Positions 9,934-19,312 of a stretch of DNA of 64,000 bases are shown here, piece by piece (positions within the stretch are counted from its first letter, which is position 1; every line of letters begins with the position of its first letter). The translations under genes were made by a program, and so were the position numbers. This DNA comes from Sulfurospirillaceae bacterium (GTDB taxonomy: Bacteria; Campylobacterota; Campylobacteria; Campylobacterales; Sulfurospirillaceae). Below the pieces are notes generated by a model. The model was not told the origin of the DNA and made no database searches. It worked only from the letters and a program-made list of their open reading frames with translations. The DNA is taken from contig JAWVXD010000011.1 of assembly GCA_033723415.1 (NCBI GenBank), positions 1-64,000 of the forward strand, read 5' to 3'.

Positions 9934-10977
9934 ATGTTCATTTTAAGACTCTTATCTATCGCACTTTTATCCTATTTATCTATCAAATTTACTATGAAGC
10001 ATGCTGAAAAAATAAATTTATTGGATATACCAAATGATCGAAGTCATCATGATGTAGTGATTCCTAGAGGCGCTGGTATTGGTTTTATATTTGCATTTTT
10101 TATTAGCAGTATTATTTTTGAGACTCAACTCTTTTTACAGGATTGGTTTATCTTTGCTTCTATTTTTGTAGTTTTCAGTGTAGGTATTTTAGATGATATG
10201 CGTGAAGTGTCTCCTAAATTGAAATTTATTGCTATATTTTTAGCAACATATATTTTATGGTTAAACGGCTATGGCATACATACAATAGGCTCTTGGTTTG
10301 GGTATAAAGTAGATTTATCTTGGGGGGTTGGGCTTTTTTTTAGTATGTTTGCATTGGCTGGATTTACAAATGCTCTAAATCTTATAGATGGTCTGGATGG
10401 ATTGGCAGGCAGTATTAGTATCGTGATCATTTGTATATTTGGTTTTATAGGGTTGAAATACCATAATGATACTATGATCGTTATATCTTGTTTTATTGTA
10501 GCTAGTTTACTTGGTTTTATGTTTTTAAATTGGAATGCAGCAAAAGTTTTTATGGGAGATAGCGGAAGCTTGACTTTGGGATTTGTTATCAGTGTTTTAG
10601 CAGTCATGAGCATCAAATATATACATCCTGTTACTATACTATATCTTGGAGCTCTTCCTATCTTGGATACTTTGATAGTTATGATAAGAAGAATCAGACA
10701 AGGTAAATCACCATTTAGCCCGGATCAAACTCATATTCACCACATATTGATCAAGTTTTTTGATAATCAAGTAGAAAAAACAGTCATATTTTTAATAATC
10801 TTACAGGTTATATTTAGTAGTGTAGGCTATATGCTTATTGATGTGATAAAAAATGATCCCTACCGATATGTACCATTCTTTTCACTTATCGGATTTGTTC
10901 TAATCTTTATATTGTTCTATATGGTATTTACTAGTATGTGCAAAAGACAAAAAATACTGGATAATATTGTAATATAG
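9934..10977 (+). CDS. WecA/MraY-family undecaprenyl-phosphate N-acetylhexosamine-1-phosphate transferase
   Basis: DIPNDRSHH, PRGAG, GILDD, TNALNLIDGLDGLA, VFMGDSGS, DQTHIHH. Confidence 0.9.
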   Translation: MFILRLLSIALLSYLSIKFTMKHAEKINLLDIPNDRSHHDVVIPRGAGIGFIFAFFISSIIFETQLFLQDWFIFASIFVVFSVGILDDMREVSPKLKFIAIFLATYILWLNGYGIHTIGSWFGYKVDLSWGVGLFFSMFALAGFTNALNLIDGLDGLAGSISIVIICIFGFIGLKYHNDTMIVISCFIVASLLGFMFLNWNAAKVFMGDSGSLTLGFVISVLAVMSIKYIHPVTILYLGALPILDTLIVMIRRIRQGKSPFSPDQTHIHHILIKFFDNQVEKTVIFLIILQVIFSSVGYMLIDVIKNDPYRYVPFFSLIGFVLIFILFYMVFTSMCKRQKILDNIVI

Positions 10978-11057
10978 AGTAAAAATTTATTATTTACAAT
11001 ACTAACCCTTTTGATTGTATATCCTTGGTTGATATATTATATGAATAATTCAATTTA

Positions 11058-11066
11058 TGTTACAAT
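11058..11066 (+). promoter_or_regulatory. Extended -10 sigma70 promoter of the pirin gene
   Basis: TGtTACAAT about 40 nt upstream of the ATG; AGGAG SD near 11098. Confidence 0.45.
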
Positions 11067-11107
11067 AAACAAACTTTTGCAGTTAAATACATAATCCAGG
11101 AGCAAAA

Positions 11108-11815
11108 ATGTTGAAAAAAATATCAAAAAAAGATCTATTTCTCTCAGATCAAGGTTGGCTCCAGAGTTATTTTCATTTTTCATTTGCCGAGTATCGAAAT
11201 CCTAAAAATGTTAACTTCGGAGTGTTGAGGGTTTTAAATGATGATACGATCCACCCAAGTAGCGGTTTTGGTACTCATCCTCATCGTGATATGGAAATCA
11301 TATCTTATATCATAGACGGAAATCTAACGCACAAAGATTCTATGGGTCATGAAGAAACGCTGACAAGAGGTGAAGTGCAGTATTTGAGTGCCGGCAGCGG
11401 TATCTATCACTCAGAATACAATCATCATGACAGAGAATTTGTTAGATTGCTCCAAATCTGGATCTTACCGCCAAAAAAAAATCTCAAACAACTATACGGC
11501 TCATACGAGTACAAAGAAGAAGATAGGAAAAACCAACTTCTCAACATCGTTTCCTCGCAAAATGGAACCGCAAAGATCAAGATATACCAAGATATTGATA
11601 TTTATGCCAGTGAGTTAGATGCCGGTAAAGTCATAGACTATGAGATACCGCAGCATAAGCAGATTTATTTTGTTCAAATCGAAGGAAAAAGTAATGTAAA
11701 TGAAATATTGCTGGAACGATCAGATGCGCTAGAAATACAATGTGAAAAAAAGTTACATATTGAAGCATTGGAAGATTCTCATTTCTTATTTATAGAGATG
11801 CAAGCAGATACTTAA
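11108..11815 (+). CDS. Pirin family protein (YhhW-like)
   Basis: GWLQSYFHFSFAEY, FGVLRVLNDD, GFGTHPHRDMEIISY, HKDSMG, AGSGIYHSE. Confidence 0.93.
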   Translation: MLKKISKKDLFLSDQGWLQSYFHFSFAEYRNPKNVNFGVLRVLNDDTIHPSSGFGTHPHRDMEIISYIIDGNLTHKDSMGHEETLTRGEVQYLSAGSGIYHSEYNHHDREFVRLLQIWILPPKKNLKQLYGSYEYKEEDRKNQLLNIVSSQNGTAKIKIYQDIDIYASELDAGKVIDYEIPQHKQIYFVQIEGKSNVNEILLERSDALEIQCEKKLHIEALEDSHFLFIEMQADT

Positions 11816-11871
11816 TTGAACTTTAATATATAATATATTATTATTTTTATTAAAATTAAAAAAATGCAATC

Positions 11872-11990
11872 TATATCCCTTTAAACAATTATTTTACAAC
11901 GTTATAATACAATATATTGTGTTGTCTAATTCATAAGGATAGGTACATTTTTTAATAATCACAACGCAAACGCTTGTTTAAAGGGATATA
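11872..11990. repeat. Perfect 17-bp inverted repeat flanking the promoter region of the GGDEF-EAL gene
   Basis: TATATCCCTTTAAACAA (11872-11888) and TTGTTTAAAGGGATATA (11974-11990), 85-nt spacer containing TATAAT (11903-11908). Confidence 0.85.
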
Positions 11991-14537
11991 ATGCGATCAA
12001 AATCATTAAAAAATTACCTCAGAACATCAATAGTGTCATTAATCATAGGGATGTTACTTTTATTTTATATCTTGTTTTCGTATATTCATACTTCTTACAT
12101 AATCTCTGAGAATCAAAAAGTTTCTAATGCTATATCTAAACAGATATTTAACTCTATGTATGAAGTCATGAAAAAGGGTTGGAGCAGGGCTGATCTAAAA
12201 TATTTTCTAAATGCAACAAAAAGTTCTTTTGAAGATTCTTCTTATGATGTAGAGATTTATAGGATGAAAGAAGTAGATGAGATGTTTGGCAGCATAAAAC
12301 AAAATGATATTCCTCTTGATGTTATGGCGAGTGTGAAAAGCAAAAAAAAGAGCGTGATATCTGATGGCAATAAGATGAAGATCATCACACCTATCATTGC
12401 TAACAATATATGCCAAAAATGTCATACTAACTCCAAACCTGGGGATGTTCTGGGTGCTATAGAGATAGATTATGATTATTCCAAGTCTCTTTCTCACAGT
12501 AAACTTCAATTTATAATCATGCTTTTATTAGCATCACCTATATTTTTGCTTATAGCATACCTCTTTACGATAAAAATGCTAAAAAAGATAAATATTTCAA
12601 TAGATAGTTTCAAACAAAACACTCAAAACATAAACACTATAAAAGACTTTAAAAAGCTTGATACATCTTTGATAGAAATGAGCTTTAGTGAATTTGATTC
12701 TATCATGAAAGAAGTGAGTAAATTAGCAAATAAACTAAAAAATATAGCGGTAGATAAAGATATACTAGAATTTGAAGTTAAACTCCTAGATAAGCTTATC
12801 ATCACAGCAGACGTGGTGAGAGACTGGAAACAGTACATTAAAGATCTGATTACAGAGATAAATCTAGTGATACCGGTTTACTGTCTCATTACCATTTTTC
12901 AAACTGATAATGATTTCTTTGAAGTTGAGATATTTTGGTACGGCAGACCGCCGGAGGATATAAAAGAGCATGCAAATTTTATTGCTCTTGAAATGATAAA
13001 TCAACATGAACAACGTCTTATGGGTAAATATAACATCCATCATTCAATTGCAAGTGAAGATATATATTTAGCGACTTTGACCAAAGAAGATATAGAGCAT
13101 GAATCAAAATCACTTTTCTTGGATAGTCCAAAAATAGGTGGTATCATAGGTATCGGAATTCAATCAAATCTGACAAAAGATCCTATATATAGTATTGTAA
13201 TAGATTCGATATTGACAACATTGATCAACTTAGTGGGTTCTGTGAAAGCGATACACAAATATACGGAAAGTCTGGAGTATTATGCAACACGAGATCCGCT
13301 TACGGGGATTTTTACACAAAGAGTGTTTCGAGAGTTGCTCTTATATGAAGTAAAAAGAGCCGGTAGACACAAATATGAGTTTGGCGTATTGATGATCGAT
13401 TGTGACAACTTTAAACCTATCAATGACAAATACGGACACTCCTTTGGGGATGATTTTTTAAAAGCTTTTGCAAAAATCTTGGAAGAATCAAAACGTGATG
13501 AAGATATACTAGCACGGTATGGCGGTGATGAATTTGCTATGATATTACCGGAAAGTGATAAAAATAACTCTTATACAGTAGCTCAAAGAATAACGGCTGC
13601 GATAGAAAAATTTAAGTTGGAAACTCCTGATGGACATCAAGTGAAAATTACGGCGTCTATCGGAATCGCTATGTTCCCTGAACATTCAACTGAGCCAAAA
13701 GAACTTTTCAATATAGCAGATTCTATGATGTATCGAGCGAAAAATGAAGGGAAAAATACCGTAAGATCACCAAATGAGTTTGATATCGAAGAGATTCATA
13801 AAAATACTCAAGATAAAGCGATGATCGTGCTTGATGCGATCGCAAATGACAATATTTTTGCACATTTTCAACCGATTATGGATGTACAAAGCGGTAAAGT
13901 CGAGATCAATGAACTGCTCATGAGGATAGATATGGATAATACGCTTTTAAGCGCTTCTACATTTATAGAAACAGCAGAATCGTTAGGTGTTGTTCACAAG
14001 ATGGATTATATTGTCATCGAAAAAGCATTTAAAAAGATACAGGAAACGAACTACAAAGGTATTTTGTTTATAAATTTATCTCCTAAAGCTCTCGTAATCG
14101 GTGAATTTTTAAAACAAATAGACAAACTGGCACATCAATACGATATAGATAAAAATAAGATAGTCTTTGAGATAACAGAAAGAGAAACGGTCAAGAGTTT
14201 CGCACTGTTAGAAAAATTTGTAAACAATCTCAAACTCGAAGGATACAGATTTGCTATTGATGATTTTGGCTCAGGATTTTCTACTTTTCACTATATCAAA
14301 AAATTTCCGATCGACTTTATCAAAATCGACGGAGAGTTTATACTAAATCTTAACAATGATAAAAAAGATTTGGCGTTTGTGAAAAGTATAGTGGCATTAG
14401 CAAAAGAACTTGAAGTCTTGACCATAGCAGAGTTTGTAGAAAGCGAAGAAGTATTAGGCTCTTTAAAAGATATCAAAGTTGACTATGTTCAAGGATATCA
14501 TATCGGAAGACCTTCAGATAAATTGCACAGTGATTAG
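11991..14537 (+). CDS. Membrane-anchored GGDEF-EAL c-di-GMP enzyme with an extracytoplasmic CxxCH (putative heme c) sensor domain
   Basis: Two TM segments flank CQKCH (12411-12425); RDED I-site plus RYGGDEF; EAL domain with ELLMR, DDFGSGFS, KIDG, AEFVE, QGY. Confidence 0.92.
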   Translation: MRSKSLKNYLRTSIVSLIIGMLLLFYILFSYIHTSYIISENQKVSNAISKQIFNSMYEVMKKGWSRADLKYFLNATKSSFEDSSYDVEIYRMKEVDEMFGSIKQNDIPLDVMASVKSKKKSVISDGNKMKIITPIIANNICQKCHTNSKPGDVLGAIEIDYDYSKSLSHSKLQFIIMLLLASPIFLLIAYLFTIKMLKKINISIDSFKQNTQNINTIKDFKKLDTSLIEMSFSEFDSIMKEVSKLANKLKNIAVDKDILEFEVKLLDKLIITADVVRDWKQYIKDLITEINLVIPVYCLITIFQTDNDFFEVEIFWYGRPPEDIKEHANFIALEMINQHEQRLMGKYNIHHSIASEDIYLATLTKEDIEHESKSLFLDSPKIGGIIGIGIQSNLTKDPIYSIVIDSILTTLINLVGSVKAIHKYTESLEYYATRDPLTGIFTQRVFRELLLYEVKRAGRHKYEFGVLMIDCDNFKPINDKYGHSFGDDFLKAFAKILEESKRDEDILARYGGDEFAMILPESDKNNSYTVAQRITAAIEKFKLETPDGHQVKITASIGIAMFPEHSTEPKELFNIADSMMYRAKNEGKNTVRSPNEFDIEEIHKNTQDKAMIVLDAIANDNIFAHFQPIMDVQSGKVEINELLMRIDMDNTLLSASTFIETAESLGVVHKMDYIVIEKAFKKIQETNYKGILFINLSPKALVIGEFLKQIDKLAHQYDIDKNKIVFEITERETVKSFALLEKFVNNLKLEGYRFAIDDFGSGFSTFHYIKKFPIDFIKIDGEFILNLNNDKKDLAFVKSIVALAKELEVLTIAEFVESEEVLGSLKDIKVDYVQGYHIGRPSDKLHSD

Positions 14538-14646
14538 AAAGGATCCAAGGATTATCCATATAAATATTGACGATTAGATTAGCGTAAATATCATTTAGAG
14601 AATAAATTTGTTATGATTTGATATATTTTTTTACAAGGATGAATTT

Positions 14647-15561
14647 ATGGACTTTCCTAAAAGCGTCAATATCACCGAAGTAGGACCAAGAGACGGATTT
14701 CAAAGCATAAGCGAATGGATTCCGACTGATTTAAAGCTCAAGATCATAGACGGGTTGATCGAAGCAAACTTCAAAAAGATAGAAGTCACATCCTTTGTGC
14801 ATCCAAAAGCCATACCGCAGATGAAAGATTCAAAAGAAATAGTAAGTACTCTAGTGCAAAAATATCAAGACAGAGATATAGTCTTTAATGCGCTTGTTCC
14901 AAACCTTTTTGGTGCAAAAGCAGCTTATGAATCAGGGCTGAGAGATGTTACATATGTGATATCCGCGAGCGCATCTCACAATAAGGCAAATGTAAAAAGA
15001 ACTAGAGAAGAATCTTTTGAAGATCTTAGAGAGATAAAAAAACAATTTCCTGATTTAAATATAAACCTTGCGATAGGTACGACATTTGGCTGTCCGTATG
15101 AGGGTAAAATCTCACTAAAGGACGTCTCTATGATGGTTGCAAACGGATTAGATATAGGAGTAAGTGAAATATCTCTGGCAGATACTATAGGTGTGGCAAA
15201 TCCTCTTCAGATGTACAAAGTCTTAAACGAACTAAAAAACAATTTTGGAAGCGTTGATTTTGTGCTGCATCTTCATGATACCAGAGGGATGGGACTGGCA
15301 AACGTCTTGATGGCGTTACAGTGTGGAGTTAGCACTTTTGAATCAGCACTTGGAGGACTTGGAGGCTGCCCTTTTGCACCTGGGGCTGCCGGAAATATCG
15401 CCAGCGAAGATCTGGTAAATATGCTTCATGATATGGGTATAGAAACCGGTGTGGATCTATCTAAACTTTTAGACACGGTAAATATAGTAAAAGAAAAGAT
15501 AAAACCTGTATTGTCAAGTCACATGGCATATGTTGACACTTGTGCTAAAGGAGTGCGTTGA
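14647..15561 (+). CDS. Hydroxymethylglutaryl-CoA lyase family (DRE-TIM metallolyase)
   Basis: EVGPRDGFQ, FGCPYEG, LADTIG, LHLHDTRG, GLGGCPFAPGAAGN. Confidence 0.9.
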   Translation: MDFPKSVNITEVGPRDGFQSISEWIPTDLKLKIIDGLIEANFKKIEVTSFVHPKAIPQMKDSKEIVSTLVQKYQDRDIVFNALVPNLFGAKAAYESGLRDVTYVISASASHNKANVKRTREESFEDLREIKKQFPDLNINLAIGTTFGCPYEGKISLKDVSMMVANGLDIGVSEISLADTIGVANPLQMYKVLNELKNNFGSVDFVLHLHDTRGMGLANVLMALQCGVSTFESALGGLGGCPFAPGAAGNIASEDLVNMLHDMGIETGVDLSKLLDTVNIVKEKIKPVLSSHMAYVDTCAKGVR

Positions 15562-16760
15562 TGCAAGATAGCGGGCCGCTAAAGGGTGTGAAGGTACTAG
15601 AACTGGGCAGTCTCATCGCAGGACCTTTTGCAGGGAGACTTTTTGGTGATTTCGGTGCTGAGGTGATCAAAGTGGAACCTCCAAAGATCGGAGATCCGCT
15701 TAGAAAATGGCGACTTTTAAAAGACGGAACTTCACTTTGGTGGTACGTACAATCACGAAACAAAAAGTGCATCACTCTGGATCTAAAATCAAAAGAGGGC
15801 GAAGAGATCATAAAGAAGCTCGCCAAAGAAGTCGACATCATCATAGAAAATTTTAAACCAGGAACTTTGGAAAAGTGGAATATAGGCTATGAAGATCTAA
15901 AAAAGATAAATCCCAAGATCATTATGGTAAGGATCTCAGGATATGGACAGTATGGCCCTTATAGCTCAAAACCGGGCTTTGGCAGTATCGGTGAGGCTCT
16001 TGGAGGTATCAGATATCTGAGTGGATATCCTGACTTGCCACCTGTTAGGACAGGGATAAGTATCGGCGATTCCATAGCTGCTATTTATGCTGTCATGAGT
16101 GCGGTCATGGCAATATACAATCGAGATATCAATGGCGGTGAAGGACAGTATATAGATGTCGCCTTGTATGAAGCGATCTTCAGCTTGATGGAAAGCCTAG
16201 TTCCGGAGTATGACCAGTTCAAATTCATACGAGAACGAAGCGGCAATACGCTGCCAGGAATCGCACCCTCAAACATATATCTTTGTAAAGACGGTAAATA
16301 TGTTGCCATAGGAGCAAACGGTGACAGTATATTTCAGAGATTGACAAAAGCTATGCAAAGAGATGATCTGGCAGAAAATGAAGCGTTTAAATCAAATGAC
16401 GGCAGAGCACAAAATATGCAATATATTGATGAACAGATCACAAAGTGGACTATGACAAAAAATATTGATGAAGCTTTAGCGATATTGGATGAGCACCAGA
16501 TACCATCAGGTGCGATCTACAACGTAGAAGATATGTTCCAAGATGCACATTTTAAAGCAAGAGATATGATCAAAAGTGTAAATATAGAAGGAGTAGGAGA
16601 TCTCAAAGTTCCAGGAATTATCCCAAAATTCAGTCAAACCCCGGGAAGTATCAAGTGGTCAGGTAGAAAATTGGGTGAAAACAACCATGAGATATATCAC
16701 GACTTATTGGGTATGAGTGATAAGAAGCTGAAAGATTTGGAAGAAAGAGGTATTATCTGA
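15558..16760 (+). CDS. CaiB/BaiF family III CoA-transferase
   Basis: GPLKGVKVLELG, AGPF, GAEVIKVE, RNKK, ENFKPG, ISGYGQYGP. Confidence 0.93.
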   Translation: MMQDSGPLKGVKVLELGSLIAGPFAGRLFGDFGAEVIKVEPPKIGDPLRKWRLLKDGTSLWWYVQSRNKKCITLDLKSKEGEEIIKKLAKEVDIIIENFKPGTLEKWNIGYEDLKKINPKIIMVRISGYGQYGPYSSKPGFGSIGEALGGIRYLSGYPDLPPVRTGISIGDSIAAIYAVMSAVMAIYNRDINGGEGQYIDVALYEAIFSLMESLVPEYDQFKFIRERSGNTLPGIAPSNIYLCKDGKYVAIGANGDSIFQRLTKAMQRDDLAENEAFKSNDGRAQNMQYIDEQITKWTMTKNIDEALAILDEHQIPSGAIYNVEDMFQDAHFKARDMIKSVNIEGVGDLKVPGIIPKFSQTPGSIKWSGRKLGENNHEIYHDLLGMSDKKLKDLEERGII

Positions 16761-16846
16761 TAGATCTGTATTGTTACAATTTGAAATGAATTTCATATAG
16801 ATTTACACCATGTCTTGATGATGGCAGGAACTGCAATTGGCAAGAT

Positions 16847-17647
16847 CTAGCTTTGTATATCCCGTATCATTTTTGAGTAAGTTTCATAAATCTCAGTATT
16901 TTTATGTTTGAGTGCCCCTTTTATCAGTATATTGCATTTTTTTATGATCTCATTTTTGATCCCATCATGATAAGGCGTGTCTAAAAACTTTTGAAGAGAG
17001 CTTATATGATATCTATCTATCGCAAATATACTGTTTGAGAGTTGTGCATGACCCGCTTTTTTTATGATCATAGCCTCTTTTACATGACCTAACTCATACT
17101 TATGTGAGATCCTTAACCACATGTCATAATCTTCACAGACACGCATATCTTCATCAAAGCAGCCAATATCATCAAATACGCTTTTATGAACCATAACAGA
17201 AGATGCAGCGATCTTGCAAGTCGATAGATTTTCTAAAAAGCAGTGACCCTCAGGCTTAGCCAGTCTTTTTGGATATTTTACGATTTTTCCATCTTTCTGC
17301 CAAATCTCACTCGTATGTGAAAATAGTATATCTTCTCTTTCATTATGTAAAAGTATTTGGCTCTTTATCTTCTCACTGAGCCATTCATCATCACTATCCA
17401 AAAAACAAATCCACTCATTTGTCGCCTCTTTTATACCTATATTCCTGGCACTGGATACGCCGCGGTTTTTTGTTTTTATAACTTTTAGGTCTTGAAATCT
17501 TTCTAGTATCTCTTGCGTATTATCTGTTGAACCGTCATCTACTATAATGATCTCATCAACTTTATAGGATTGGTTTATTACAGACTCTATAGCCGTTGTG
17601 ATATGGGAAGCTCTGTTAAATGTGGGAATTATTGTTGTGATTTTCAT
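16847..17647 (-). CDS. Glycosyltransferase family 2
   Basis: IIPTFNRA, IIVDDGSTD, GVSSARNIG, FLDSDD, CEDYDMWLR. Confidence 0.9.
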   Translation of the reverse strand: MKITTIIPTFNRASHITTAIESVINQSYKVDEIIIVDDGSTDNTQEILERFQDLKVIKTKNRGVSSARNIGIKEATNEWICFLDSDDEWLSEKIKSQILLHNEREDILFSHTSEIWQKDGKIVKYPKRLAKPEGHCFLENLSTCKIAASSVMVHKSVFDDIGCFDEDMRVCEDYDMWLRISHKYELGHVKEAMIIKKAGHAQLSNSIFAIDRYHISSLQKFLDTPYHDGIKNEIIKKCNILIKGALKHKNTEIYETYSKMIRDIQS

Positions 17648-17670
17648 AGAAGTTTTAAATTTATGTTTGT

Positions 17671-17704
17671 TGTAAAAGAGGGCGTTTTAAAACCCTCTTT
17701 TACA
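17671..17704 (-). terminator. Rho-independent terminator downstream of satP
   Basis: Perfect 12-bp stem TGTAAAAGAGGG / CCCTCTTTTACA. Confidence 0.7.
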
Positions 17705-17741
17705 GTGCTATCAATTATTTTGAGTCTATACTGTAATAAAT

Positions 17742-18323
17742 TTATTTAAGCCAAGCTTTGCCGACAGGTAAGTTAACACCTACATCTGCTAAAATGACAT
17801 GAGCCATCAGATACCAAGCAGAAAAAGCACATACTATTAGATCCCATGCTGCTAAAGTTCCCATGAGTTTACTTCCTGCTAATTCTTTAAAAGTAAGACC
17901 TACAAAGCCTAAAAATAGTGTTAAGAATATAAATGCCAAGACACCATTGTGTTTCATAGAAGCTATGAACATAATGCCTGTATATATTGCCCAAGCAAGT
18001 AAGAAAAATCCTAATCCCTGACCTGTAAGTTTTAGTACAGGGTATGCTTTATCCAAATCTCCATTGGTTCCAAAGATAACAAAAAGAGCCAAAGCAATCC
18101 AAAAAGCACCATATGAAACAAATGCACTAAATCCAAAGTTATTTCCAACTCTGAATTCTAAAAAGCCTGCGATAAATTGAGCCAGTCCTCCATAAAAAAT
18201 TCCTAGCCATAAAACCGGTGTGAGATCAACCCATCCTAAATTATGACACTGCAAGATAAAAGTAGTCATTGCAAAGCCTGCAAGTCCAACTGCCGCGGGA
18301 TTGCCTAATTTCATTTCTTCCAT
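17742..18323 (-). CDS. satP: Acetate/succinate uptake transporter (SatP/YaaH, GPR1/FUN34 family)
   Basis: LGNPAAVGLAGFAMTT, YGGLAQFIAG, FGFSAFVSYGAFW; AGGAGG SD. Confidence 0.88.
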   Translation of the reverse strand: MEEMKLGNPAAVGLAGFAMTTFILQCHNLGWVDLTPVLWLGIFYGGLAQFIAGFLEFRVGNNFGFSAFVSYGAFWIALALFVIFGTNGDLDKAYPVLKLTGQGLGFFLLAWAIYTGIMFIASMKHNGVLAFIFLTLFLGFVGLTFKELAGSKLMGTLAAWDLIVCAFSAWYLMAHVILADVGVNLPVGKAWLK

Positions 18324-18497
18324 ATTTGATAACCTCCTGAAAAAATATTGCCAAGTTTCTTGGTTAATGGCTATATTATTTCATCAAAATAGCATTAGCG
18401 TAGCAAAATAGGAAACTATAAAATTATGTAATAAAAATGTATCGTATTGAGTAAAAAAGAAACAATTTATAGATATTTTTGAGTATAAAATTCAGTG

Positions 18498-19163
18498 TTA
18501 CATATTGGGGCTGATGTATTGATTTGTTACAACGCTTGCAATTTTTTTACTTAGTATCTTGTAACCTTTTGCATTTGGATGTACATCATCAAGTTTTAGA
18601 GAATTATCATTTAATATGTCTTGCAAGGCATCATCTACGAGAGGAACATTGAATTCTTTTGCCAGATCATAATAAAATGATGCCGTAGATACTGTCAAAA
18701 TATCAAGTTTTGGAACTCCTACAAGAACAACAAATATATTTTGTTTTTGTGCAAGTTTGATCATTTTTGCAATGTTTTGCTCAGTTATTGTTAGATCTTT
18801 GTTTCTTATTATATCGTTTCCGCCCTCACATATTATGATGATTTGAGGTTTGTATTTTTTTAAGACAGAAGGTAATCTTTTTAAGCCTCCGCGTGTATCT
18901 TCTCCCGGCACACCGGCATTGATGACATTTGTTTGTAACATATTTGCTAGCTGTGATGGATAGCTGGCATTTTTGTCTACTCCGTATCCGTAAGTAATAC
19001 TGTCTCCAAATGCCAATATTTTTGTGTTCTGAGGAACATAATAATTTTCGTCGTTTGAGTCTTGATAATTGTTTATAAAAGAAAATATAATTATTGTAAC
19101 TATGACAAGTAAAATTATTTTAAAAAAACTCAATTGGATCCTTTTGTTGATTTTATACAGCAA
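18498..19163 (-). CDS. GDSL/SGNH arylesterase (TesA-like) with N-terminal anchor; likely TTG start at 19133
   Basis: FGDSITYGYG, INAGVPGE, GGND, DDVHPN catalytic blocks. Confidence 0.9.
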   Translation of the reverse strand: MLYKINKRIQLSFFKIILLVIVTIIIFSFINNYQDSNDENYYVPQNTKILAFGDSITYGYGVDKNASYPSQLANMLQTNVINAGVPGEDTRGGLKRLPSVLKKYKPQIIIICEGGNDIIRNKDLTITEQNIAKMIKLAQKQNIFVVLVGVPKLDILTVSTASFYYDLAKEFNVPLVDDALQDILNDNSLKLDDVHPNAKGYKILSKKIASVVTNQYISPNM

Positions 19164-19312
19164 CTAAAATAAAAGTTAAATATACCATGAAGATGACTAT
19201 AAAGTAAAGAAACTTTGAGAAGATTATCTTAACTTAGCTTTAGCCGGGCTTTCGATAATATTTTCTTTAATTACAGTTCATTGGGAGTTATTGGAATATT
19301 TGAGGAACCATT

